Below, piece after piece: positions 9,442 to 17,361 of a stretch of DNA of 26,209 bases. The stretch comes from a virus: UHGV virus genome UHGV-0185026. One strand, 5' to 3'. Position 1 is the stretch's first letter. Each line of letters starts with the position of its first letter. Under the pieces are notes generated by a model, which saw nothing but the letters and a program-made list of their open reading frames with translations, was not told the origin of the DNA and did not search any database. The position numbers and the translations under genes are program-made.

Positions 9442-9459
9442 TGTACCGACAACCACACA
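9442..9459. promoter_or_regulatory. Candidate Ogr/B-type late-activator site (TGT-N12-ACA) in the divergent O/P late promoter region
   Basis: TGTACCGACAACCACACA in the 142-bp intergenic region between the divergent O and P genes. Coordinates approximate. Confidence 0.4.
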
Positions 9460-9505
9460 AACCGCAGGCGGGGAAAGCCTTCATTCAAGGCTGTAGGTTT
9501 GTGCC

Positions 9506-11272
9506 ATGAACACCACACTGACACCCGCAGATCTCGATCCCCGTCGGCAGGCCATGCTGCTGTACTTTCAGGGATACCGCGTAGCCCGCATTGCTGAAAT
9601 GCTGGGCGAGAAAGTTGCAACCGTTCACAGCTGGAAAAAACGCGACAAGTGGGGTGACTATGGGCCGCTGGATCAGATGCAGCTCACCACCGCCGCACGC
9701 TACTGCCAGCTCATTATGAAGGAGCACAAAGAAGGGAAAGATTTCAAAGAGATTGACCTGCTGGCGCGCCAGTCTGAGCGCCACGCGCGGATCGGCAAGT
9801 TTAACAATGGCGGCAACGAAGCCGACTTAAACCCTAACGTCGCCAACCGCAACAAAGGCCCACGCCGTCAGCCGGAAAAGAATGTTTTCACCGATGAACA
9901 GATTGAGAAGCTGGAAGAAATCTTCCATTCCTCCATGTTCAACTACCAGCGCCACTGGTGGGAAGCCGGAAAAACCAACCGCATCCGCAACCTGCTGAAG
10001 TCACGCCAGATCGGCGCGACCTTCTATTTTGCCCGTGAAGCCCTGATTGACGCCCTGCTGACCGGACGTAACCAGATTTTCCTTTCTGCCAGTAAGGCAC
10101 AGGCCCACGTCTTCAAACAGTACATCATCGACTTTGCCAAAGAAGTAGAGGTGGAGCTGAAAGGCGATCCGATGGTGCTTCCCAACGGGGCCACACTGTA
10201 TTTCCTCGGCACCAATGCCCGCACGGCCCAGAGTTATCACGGCAACCTGTATCTGGATGAATATTTCTGGATACCAAAATTCCAGGAGCTGCGCAAAGTG
10301 GCTTCCGGTATGGCTATTCACAAAAAATGGCGACAAACCTATTTTTCCACGCCATCCAGTCTGACACACAGTGCTTATCCGTTCTGGTCCGGTGCGCTGT
10401 TCAACCGTGGGCGCAACAAAGCCGATAAGGTGGACATCGACCTGTCCCACAGCAATCTGGCCCCCGGCCTGCTGTGCGCAGACGGGCAATACCGCCAGAT
10501 AGTCACCGTGGAAGATGCGGTGCGCGGCGGCTGTAACCTGTTCGACCTCGACCAGCTACGCATGGAGTACAGCCCGGACGAATACCAGAACCTGCTGATG
10601 TGCGAGTTTGTGGACGATCTCGCGTCCGTGTTTCCGCTCAGCGAGCTGCAGGCGTGCATGGTGGACAGTTGGGAAGTCTGGACCGACTTTCATGCACTGG
10701 CGCTGCGCCCGTTTGGCTGGCGCGAAGTGTGGATCGGTTATGACCCGGCAAAAGGCACGCAAAACGGCGACAGCGCCGGATGCGTGGTGGTGGCACCGCC
10801 AGCCGTGCCGGGTGGTAAGTTCCGCATTCTTGAGCGTCACCAGTGGCGCGGGATGGACTTCCGCGCCCAGGCTGACGCCATCAAAAAACTGACCGAACAG
10901 TACAACGTGACCTATATCGGTATCGACTCAACCGGCGTTGGTCACGGGGTTTACGAGAACGTGAAAGCGTTTTTTCCTGCCGTCCGGGAGTTTGTCTACA
11001 ACCCCAACGTTAAAAACGCCCTGGTACTCAAGGCCTACGACATTATCAGCCACCGCCGTCTGGAGTTTGACGCCGGACACACCGACATAGCGCAGTCCTT
11101 TATGGCAATACGTCGCGCCACCACCGCCAGTGGCAACCGCCCGACCTATGAAGCCAGCCGCAGCGAAGAAGCCAGCCACGCCGATCTGGCCTGGGCAACG
11201 ATGCACGCACTGTTTAACGAACCGCTGCAGGGCGAATCCGCCAATACCAGCAATATTGTGGAGATTTTTTGA
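9506..11272 (+). CDS. P: Terminase large (ATPase) subunit gpP
   Basis: 588-aa ORF MNTTLTPADLDPRRQAMLLYFQGYRVARIAEMLG...; position and size match P2 gpP. Confidence 0.9.
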   Translation: MNTTLTPADLDPRRQAMLLYFQGYRVARIAEMLGEKVATVHSWKKRDKWGDYGPLDQMQLTTAARYCQLIMKEHKEGKDFKEIDLLARQSERHARIGKFNNGGNEADLNPNVANRNKGPRRQPEKNVFTDEQIEKLEEIFHSSMFNYQRHWWEAGKTNRIRNLLKSRQIGATFYFAREALIDALLTGRNQIFLSASKAQAHVFKQYIIDFAKEVEVELKGDPMVLPNGATLYFLGTNARTAQSYHGNLYLDEYFWIPKFQELRKVASGMAIHKKWRQTYFSTPSSLTHSAYPFWSGALFNRGRNKADKVDIDLSHSNLAPGLLCADGQYRQIVTVEDAVRGGCNLFDLDQLRMEYSPDEYQNLLMCEFVDDLASVFPLSELQACMVDSWEVWTDFHALALRPFGWREVWIGYDPAKGTQNGDSAGCVVVAPPAVPGGKFRILERHQWRGMDFRAQADAIKKLTEQYNVTYIGIDSTGVGHGVYENVKAFFPAVREFVYNPNVKNALVLKAYDIISHRRLEFDAGHTDIAQSFMAIRRATTASGNRPTYEASRSEEASHADLAWATMHALFNEPLQGESANTSNIVEIF

Positions 11273-12297
11273 TGGGAAAGAGTAAGAAGAACCGCACTGC
11301 GGCGACGAATCAGATCCAGCATAAAAACCAGACTTCAGCCGAAGCATTCAGCTTCGGTGATCCCGTTCCAGTACTTGACCGCCGCGAACTGCTGGACTAT
11401 GTGGAATGTGTTCAGACAGATCGCTGGTATGAGCCTCCCGTCAGCTTTGACGGACTGGCGCGCACCTTCCGCGCTGCCGTGCATCATAGTTCCCCGATTG
11501 CAGTAAAGTGCAACATTCTGACCAGTACCTATATCCCTCATCCGCTGCTCAGCCAACAGGCTTTTTCGCGTTTTGTGCAGGACTATCTGGTATTTGGTAA
11601 CGCCTACCTGGAGAAACGCACGAACCGATTCGGTGAAGTTATCGCCCTTGAGCCTGCGCTGGCAAAATACACCCGACGCGGGTTAGACCTGGATACCTAC
11701 TGGTTTGTGCAATACGGTATGACAACCCAGCCGTATCAGTTCACGAAAGGCAGCATTTTTCATCTGATGGAACCGGACATCAACCAGGAGATCTACGGCC
11801 TGCCCGGCTATCTTTCTGCCATTCCATCCGCCCTGCTCAACGAATCCGCCACGCTGTTCCGCCGTAAGTATTACATCAACGGTAGTCATGCAGGCTTCAT
11901 CATGTACATGACCGACGCCGCGCAGAATCAGGAGGATGTGAACAACCTCCGCAACGCGATGAAAAGCGCCAAAGGTCCAGGCAACTTCCGCAATCTGTTT
12001 ATGTACTCGCCTAACGGCAAAAAGGACGGACTTCAGATTATCCCGTTGTCAGAAGTCGCAGCGAAAGATGAATTTCTGAACATCAAGAACGTGAGCCGGG
12101 ACGACATGATGGCTGCACACCGCGTACCGCCTCAGATGATGGGAATTTTGCCGAATAATGTTGGGGGGTTTGGGGATGTGGAGAAGGCTAGTAAGGTATT
12201 TATGCGCAATGAATTGGTGCCCATGCAGAAAAGATTTGATCAATTAAACGACTGGCTTGAAATAGAAATAATTAGATTTAGACCATACGTACTTTGA
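11272..12297 (+). CDS. Q: Portal protein gpQ
   Basis: 342-aa ORF; the ATG overlaps the P stop (TGATG). P2 gpQ-like position downstream of P. Confidence 0.9.
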   Translation: MGKSKKNRTAATNQIQHKNQTSAEAFSFGDPVPVLDRRELLDYVECVQTDRWYEPPVSFDGLARTFRAAVHHSSPIAVKCNILTSTYIPHPLLSQQAFSRFVQDYLVFGNAYLEKRTNRFGEVIALEPALAKYTRRGLDLDTYWFVQYGMTTQPYQFTKGSIFHLMEPDINQEIYGLPGYLSAIPSALLNESATLFRRKYYINGSHAGFIMYMTDAAQNQEDVNNLRNAMKSAKGPGNFRNLFMYSPNGKKDGLQIIPLSEVAAKDEFLNIKNVSRDDMMAAHRVPPQMMGILPNNVGGFGDVEKASKVFMRNELVPMQKRFDQLNDWLEIEIIRFRPYVL

Positions 12298-12326
12298 ACA
12301 AAAACAATAAAGTTCAGACAGTAATT

Positions 12327-12359
12327 TATATGTGGCTACAAAAATAGCAGCCACATATA
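12327..12359. terminator. Perfect 11-bp stem hairpin between convergent Q and the SMC-like ATPase gene (possible bidirectional terminator)
   Basis: TATATGTGGCT...AGCCACATATA inverted repeat lying between the Q stop (12297) and the ATPase stop (12363). No strong U-tract, so rho-independent function is uncertain. Confidence 0.3.
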
Positions 12360-12362
12360 CAA

Positions 12363-14267
12363 TTACTCAATTATTTTCAATGAATAATTATCTGGCGAAT
12401 AATACTCACCAACAATATATTCACTCTCACTGTATTTGGGATTTATTTCAGATGTTGCAAATATCAACTGATAATCATGTTCATAACGTGAGCACTCATC
12501 AATTATTATTTCCTGTAAATTGTGACTCCGTTCTTTTTCCATTCCACCATCGTCGATCCCATCTAACATCATAAATCTTGGAAGTCGCATTGAGTGGTTC
12601 TCTATACTTGCTGAAAGTAGTGCCAAATGGAATATATGCCTTAATACTACAGCTGAACTTTCAGAAAAGTTCTTACTACCATTCACATAAACGCTATTAT
12701 CAGTAAAACTAAACTCCACACTTTCAGGAGACATAAACTCTTTTTGCAAAGGCAAATCTTCTTGTAAAAGCTCTTGTGCTATTGAGCTCACTGAAGCATA
12801 AATTTTATCTTTAAGAACTTCCTCTTTTTCTTCATAAAGTTCAATAAGATCATCAAGTCTATTTTTTTCCGCCTGAAGTTCATCGCGACGCTCTTGAAGT
12901 TCATTAATAACAACAATAAGCTTCTTATCTTCATAAGCTCTTTTTATTTCTTCATCAAGCCGTCCAATTTCCCTATATATTTTACCTACAGCTAACTCTT
13001 GCGGTGAAGACCAATAGTGTGACTCTTTGAAATAATCCTGTTCAAGCCTTTTTAATTCACTCTCAGCTAAAGGAACATCTCGCTTTAATCTTACCAACTC
13101 TTCTTTTCTTCTATCCATTAATTGAAGAGATTCTTTGATTTGAAGAGTTAATTCATTTTTCATTCTTAATAACTGATTTTCAGCTTTATCATCTAATTGT
13201 TCCACTTTACATAGATGACAAACATGATCATTATGAGCCTTATCTATTTTGGAAAGACAACTAGGGCAAAAATCAAAATTCATACTATCAAATATAGCAC
13301 GCGTTTCTCCAGACTGTTCTAAGTTTTTTAGCCGCTCATTTAATTCTGATATAAACATATCAGAATCTGAAATTTCAAAATCCAAAGATTGGATTTTATC
13401 TTTTAGGGAAGATAATTTCCTTTTAGCTTCATTGAGTTCCTCCCTGATAGTACCCATTCGTTTTTCAGAATCAGCCCCTTCTTCATTAGTTATAATAGCT
13501 CTATTTGTTAGTTTTACATTCTCAATAGCTCTCAATTTATTTAGATGCTTTATTTTCTCATCAATACCTTGTAAATCTGGAGCCTGTCCAGATCTACCTA
13601 ATACAGTAAAGATACTTTTTAATTCAGTAACTTTCTTTGTTAGTTCGGTCTCAACATCTCTTAAAGAAAGTTGTGCATTGTACAACTCATCATTATAAAC
13701 ACCACATAAGTATCCACCTACCGTCTCACGGGTAAGAGCATTATCAAATCTGTCAAATCGAAAAATTGGACTATGTAACGACGGCTGATCTGCATACAAG
13801 ACACGTAAAATCTGATGCAATGTCAAATTAGAAGAACCAGCACCTTGTGCCAAGGGCATTGATAATGCATTAAAAATAGCTTGGGTGAAGCTAATTTTAC
13901 TCTCAGTTCTCTTGAATGGGTATAATTCCCATTCGTGTTCCCCAGCATTCAAAGCCTTATCCATCGCTCCCCAATAAATATAAAGAGGTCGCATTTGCTC
14001 AATAGATATCTCTCGTTTAAAGCATGCTTTCTCATTATTGAGAAGCACTTCAACGATTGTTCTAGTGCATTTCAAAGCCTGTGGTTTCCACCTGATATTT
14101 TCAGCTCCCAATGAAAATGCCAGCATATCCATTATTGTAGTTTTACCAGAACTATTTCGCCCACGAATAATGTTAACACCTTTGTGGAATTCACAATCAA
14201 ATGCACGATGTCCGTGTTGAAAAACTGTTAATCTGGTTACAATAAGAGTAGGCTTAATAAGTGTCAT
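12363..14267 (-). CDS. SMC/Rad50-like ABC ATPase with long coiled coil and central Cys4 motif (Lamassu LmuB / ABC-3C-type ATPase candidate)
   Basis: 634 aa. N-terminal Walker A (GRNSSGKTT), C-terminal Walker B/D-loop-like FMMLDGIDDGG, and about 300 residues of heptad-rich E/K/L sequence with CPSC-x13-CHLC near its middle. AT-rich composition. Confidence 0.65.
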   Translation of the reverse strand: MTLIKPTLIVTRLTVFQHGHRAFDCEFHKGVNIIRGRNSSGKTTIMDMLAFSLGAENIRWKPQALKCTRTIVEVLLNNEKACFKREISIEQMRPLYIYWGAMDKALNAGEHEWELYPFKRTESKISFTQAIFNALSMPLAQGAGSSNLTLHQILRVLYADQPSLHSPIFRFDRFDNALTRETVGGYLCGVYNDELYNAQLSLRDVETELTKKVTELKSIFTVLGRSGQAPDLQGIDEKIKHLNKLRAIENVKLTNRAIITNEEGADSEKRMGTIREELNEAKRKLSSLKDKIQSLDFEISDSDMFISELNERLKNLEQSGETRAIFDSMNFDFCPSCLSKIDKAHNDHVCHLCKVEQLDDKAENQLLRMKNELTLQIKESLQLMDRRKEELVRLKRDVPLAESELKRLEQDYFKESHYWSSPQELAVGKIYREIGRLDEEIKRAYEDKKLIVVINELQERRDELQAEKNRLDDLIELYEEKEEVLKDKIYASVSSIAQELLQEDLPLQKEFMSPESVEFSFTDNSVYVNGSKNFSESSAVVLRHIFHLALLSASIENHSMRLPRFMMLDGIDDGGMEKERSHNLQEIIIDECSRYEHDYQLIFATSEINPKYSESEYIVGEYYSPDNYSLKIIE

Positions 14268-14754
14268 ATCTATACTCCATAAGTTTAGTTCTAGCCTTCA
14301 ATCCATCAGGTCCAGTCAGATGAAATTTAGCCATCTTTTGTGTAATGAAAGATGAAAACGGTTCTTTGCGCTCTAAAAAAACGCCCATTTCTAAGGCTAG
14401 GTTCAGTGGTAATTGTTTATTTGTTCTTGAGACAAAACCATTGCTGAAATCATCAGAATCAATATAACCAGTCGCAAGCATACATTTTAGTGCTGCATCC
14501 TGTATTTGACGCATTTCCTTGAAAATAATCCTTGGACTCAATGGATCATGATATTCATTATGATGTAGTTTTGCTGTTTTTTTAATTTTAATAAATTCTC
14601 TCGGCATTTTCACTTCACTTAATAACGCAGGAAATAAAATGTAAAAATCCAATATTTTAAGCTTATCAATCTCAAGCCGATTTGTATTTTCCATAATTGC
14701 CATCATTCTAAATAGACAATGATAGGCATCATATGCTGGATGATAAACTAACAT
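14254..14754 (-). CDS. Hypothetical alpha-helical protein, translationally coupled partner of the SMC-like ATPase
   Basis: 166-aa ORF; its start overlaps the stop of the upstream gene (ATGTTAG) and its stop overlaps the ATPase start by 14 nt. No recognisable catalytic motif. Confidence 0.6.
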   Translation of the reverse strand: MLVYHPAYDAYHCLFRMMAIMENTNRLEIDKLKILDFYILFPALLSEVKMPREFIKIKKTAKLHHNEYHDPLSPRIIFKEMRQIQDAALKCMLATGYIDSDDFSNGFVSRTNKQLPLNLALEMGVFLERKEPFSSFITQKMAKFHLTGPDGLKARTKLMEYRYDTY

Positions 14755-15359
14755 TTATCCCACCTTATATAACAATTTCCGCCTAAAAAATACAACAGTC
14801 CCAAAAGATCCTTTTCGGATAAGTTTAACAAATTATCGCCCAACATTTCACTAATATTTTCTAATACCAATGAAATTTTTTCATCAACAATTACTCGGTC
14901 CTCATCCTTCTGAATAAGAGGTATAATTTTGAGCATAAAATCAGCATGAATTTTATCAAGAATAAACGCATATATTTCTTGTGCGGTTTTGGAAGATTGG
15001 CACTTCATTATCGCCTTGAGGGCTTGCTCTTTAAGAGCAGTTGCAAAGTAAATTAATTCAGTTCTATCACTATCAGTTAGCTTTGTAGCTAAATCTCTTA
15101 TATCTGGATTGGTATCCGAGGCTAAATAGTGCTTTAACTTATCACAAAAATCCTGCCCCCCCATAGTTCCATCTTCTTGAGAGAACTTTTGGTACAAACG
15201 CTCTAAAGTTCGATTACTACTACGAACTATATTGGTAATGTGGTTTGTTTGACTCCCTCCAACAATACTCCCATTTCTTACTCTATTACCTGATTGCTCC
15301 TGTTTACTAAACACACCAATCACTCCCTTAGTGAGAATTAGTCTGATCTCTACCGACAA
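14748..15359 (-). CDS. Hypothetical protein, second gene of the SMC-like ATPase operon; true start probably the in-frame GTG near 15314
   Basis: ORF of 203 codons from a TTG. An AAGGGAG ribosome-binding site overlaps the stop of the upstream small gene, about 8 nt before an in-frame GTG. The N-terminus carries an NGSIVGxxQTN motif. Confidence 0.55.
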   Translation of the reverse strand: MSVEIRLILTKGVIGVFSKQEQSGNRVRNGSIVGGSQTNHITNIVRSSNRTLERLYQKFSQEDGTMGGQDFCDKLKHYLASDTNPDIRDLATKLTDSDRTELIYFATALKEQALKAIMKCQSSKTAQEIYAFILDKIHADFMLKIIPLIQKDEDRVIVDEKISLVLENISEMLGDNLLNLSEKDLLGLLYFLGGNCYIRWDKC

Positions 15360-15510
15360 TGCTTCCGTTTGTCACTGTATTTCCATTTTGAATGGGAGAA
15401 CTTTGGTTCATACAAATTTGCTTTACTTTGTAATTATACACATTGAAAGTAATAGCCCAACTGATACCCGCCCCTGCCAAAAAACTAATGATTTCGCTTA
15501 AGTATTCCAT
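15328..15510 (-). CDS. Small single-pass membrane protein (about 60 aa), first gene of the operon
   Basis: ATG preceded by a GGAGG ribosome-binding site; hydrophobic helix IISFLAGAGISWAITFNV. The C-terminal NGSIVGRDQTN motif is repeated in the next gene. Confidence 0.45.
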   Translation of the reverse strand: MEYLSEIISFLAGAGISWAITFNVYNYKVKQICMNQSSPIQNGNTVTNGSIVGRDQTNSH

Positions 15511-15597
15511 AATGCCTCCAACAGAATGATTTACGGACAATTCTAATTGTGAAACATCATATTTAACAAGTTCTCAAATAAAACCTAATACGCGCGC

Positions 15598-15616
15598 TCG
15601 TATCCCCGCCACGCCT
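15598..15616 (-). other. Candidate cos (cohesive end) site
   Basis: The minus strand reads GGCGTGGCGGGGATACGAG followed by CGCGCG. As recalled, P2/186 cohesive ends are GGCGAGGCGGGGAAAGCAC and GGCGTGGCGGGGAAAGCAT; the first 13 nt match the 186-type end. Orientation points toward Q, as in P2. Confidence 0.3.
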
Positions 15617-15886
15617 GCCCGCTTTATATAGTGGTTTTCATGCACCTGCATGACATAAGCAAAAGCCCGCCATACCTAGCAGGCCCCAACTAGAGCGATC
15701 CTTAAACGATCATGCGGATTCATGCAGTATAGACATGCAGTAGTTACGCCAAACCGTGTAGCGAGGCCACCTGCTAAAAATGTTCACGGAGTAACATTTG
15801 ATCTCCACTGCAAAAAATGAAACTTTCGCTTTCACCAAATATAACAAGAGGTAATCTTTGGTGTTTTACACAGCAAACGGTGAGCC

Positions 15887-16468
15887 ATGAAAGTCAACAT
15901 AAAACAGATTGTTGGAAATTGGGAATTAGGTCTTGCGATGGATAAACACAGCATCCGCAGCATTCCCATTGGTTACGATGAGTGGGGACATATGCGGTTT
16001 GAGACGGAGCGTACTGAGGTAGGCGAATCTCTTTTCCAGCTTAAATACCGTGACGATTGGTCACAAGTTAAGCCTTTAGCCCAATGCCTAGCAGAGCATG
16101 CCTTTCCTCATTTCAGCAATGTCGGGTTTATCGTTCCAATGGCTGCATCTAATCAGCGTGCACGCCAGCCAGTGACCGAAATAGCTCAGGAACTAGCCAA
16201 ACTAGTTGGCAAACCATGCTTCGATGACCTCTTGTTGAAAGCCCCCGGCGGGGCATCGCTAAAGAACCTGAATACAAAAGAAGAGAAAATCACGGCGCTG
16301 GGTAATTCGTTCTCTGTTAATGACAGTATTGAGAATAATGGCAACTGGAATGTCCTTATCATTGACGACCTCTACCATACAGGCGCATCTATGGAGGCTG
16401 CTTGTGCTGTGCTAAACGATTATACTAAGGTTAGAAGCATTTATGTTGCAGCTTTGACTTGGAGATAG
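15887..16468 (+). CDS. Phosphoribosyltransferase (PRTase)-domain protein, ShosT-like candidate
   Basis: 193 aa with the PRPP-binding signature NVLIIDDLYHTGASMEAA near the C-terminus. First gene of a two-gene plus-strand module in the cargo island. Confidence 0.7.
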   Translation: MKVNIKQIVGNWELGLAMDKHSIRSIPIGYDEWGHMRFETERTEVGESLFQLKYRDDWSQVKPLAQCLAEHAFPHFSNVGFIVPMAASNQRARQPVTEIAQELAKLVGKPCFDDLLLKAPGGASLKNLNTKEEKITALGNSFSVNDSIENNGNWNVLIIDDLYHTGASMEAACAVLNDYTKVRSIYVAALTWR

Positions 16469-16470
16469 TG

Positions 16471-17028
16471 ATGACTACGGTATTTGTTGCTGGTTCAATA
16501 ACCATCAAAAACCTTGACACACTCATCGTGGATCGTCTGAAAAAAATTGTTAACTCGCGTTTTCGTATTGTAGTTGGTGATGCCAATGGTGTTGATTCAT
16601 CTGTTCAACGCGTATTGCTAGAACTTGGATGTGAAAAAGCCACAGTATTCAGTAGCTCAGAAAAACCGCGCAATAATCTTGGCTCATGGCCTGTACATGT
16701 AGTAAGTACTAGCCATGCAGCCGGCACTCGCGCGTTTTTCACTGCGAAAGATCTCAAAATGGCAGAAGAAGCCGATTATGGATTAATGGTTTGGGATACG
16801 AAGAGCACGGGTACTCTGAGTAACGTGATTGAGCTTCTTAAACGTAAAAAATACTCTGTCGTTTTTGTTAATAAATACAAAAAGTTCTTTATTATCAAAT
16901 CTCCAGAGCACCTTGACGCTTTGATTAACTGCATGTCACCAGCCTCTTTGGAAAAAGCTGATGAAAAGATCAGATTGCGCGAAAAAATCAACCAACTAAA
17001 AAACGAGCAAATCCAGATGTTTATGTGA
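16471..17028 (+). CDS. DprA/Smf-like (SLOG-type Rossmann) protein, ShosA-like candidate
   Basis: ATG two nucleotides after the PRTase stop, with a GGAGA ribosome-binding site. N-terminal VFVAGS...IVVGDANGVD pattern resembles the DprA Rossmann-fold motifs. Confidence 0.55.
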   Translation: MTTVFVAGSITIKNLDTLIVDRLKKIVNSRFRIVVGDANGVDSSVQRVLLELGCEKATVFSSSEKPRNNLGSWPVHVVSTSHAAGTRAFFTAKDLKMAEEADYGLMVWDTKSTGTLSNVIELLKRKKYSVVFVNKYKKFFIIKSPEHLDALINCMSPASLEKADEKIRLREKINQLKNEQIQMFM

Positions 17029-17117
17029 AATTCTTTGATGATAACACTAACGCCTCGCCCTGCTCGTTGTTCAACCTTGCTGGCTTCAGAATCAAGTACT
17101 GATGCCAGCAACGTTTC

Positions 17118-17351
17118 TTAATGCAGCCAGCTGTCGTCTTCCCACACCTTCTGCATAATTTTCATCACTTGTTTTCTTTCTTCGTCCAGTTGCAGTCCGG
17201 TCAGTTCCACACCGTTAGAGCTACCTTTTCGGATACGAATTACCGTTTTGGGATACAGGGGGCGCAGATTGCGGTAAAGCTCGGATTCAAGGGCGTCCAG
17301 GGTAGACTGGCTAATCTTCTGCTCTTTATCGATCATTATTTCAATGCGCAT
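17118..17351 (-). CDS. DinI-family protein (damage-inducible protein I-like)
   Basis: ORF 17118..17423; start placed at MRIEIMIDKEQ..., preceded by a GAGGTGA ribosome-binding site. The 77-aa product matches the DinI pattern (MRIE..., acidic C-terminus WEDDSWLH). Confidence 0.75.
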   Translation of the reverse strand: MRIEIMIDKEQKISQSTLDALESELYRNLRPLYPKTVIRIRKGSSNGVELTGLQLDEERKQVMKIMQKVWEDDSWLH

Positions 17352-17361
17352 AAAAGTCACC

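Noticed and set aside
9467-9478. GGCGGGGAAAGC, a 12-nt match to the core of the P2 cohesive-end sequence as I recall it
   Set aside because: It lies in the O/P divergent promoter region, where cos is not expected in P2-family genomes, and lacks the flanking 5' part of the cos 19-mer. Treated as a chance GC-rich match or promoter-associated element; the better cos candidate is near 15600.
9500-9517. Second TGT-N12-ACA match (TGTGCCATGAACACCACA)
   Set aside because: It overlaps the P start codon and therefore sits downstream of any P promoter; pattern match without dyad symmetry in the spacer.
13249-13698. Plus-strand 149-aa ORF inside the ATPase gene
   Set aside because: Antisense to the coiled-coil region of the 634-aa ATPase; S/F/I-rich translation with no start context.
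15314-15540. Possibility that the 60-aa and roughly 200-aa ORFs are one frameshifted pseudogene
   Set aside because: Each ORF has its own ribosome-binding site (GGAGG and AAGGGAG), and the repeated motif differs mainly at synonymous positions, which argues for two maintained genes; kept as a finding for checking rather than called a pseudogene.
17029-17117. Short inverted repeat GCTGGC...GCCAGC between the convergent DprA-like and DinI-like genes
   Set aside because: The stem is only 6 bp with a long loop and no U-tract; too weak to call a terminator.
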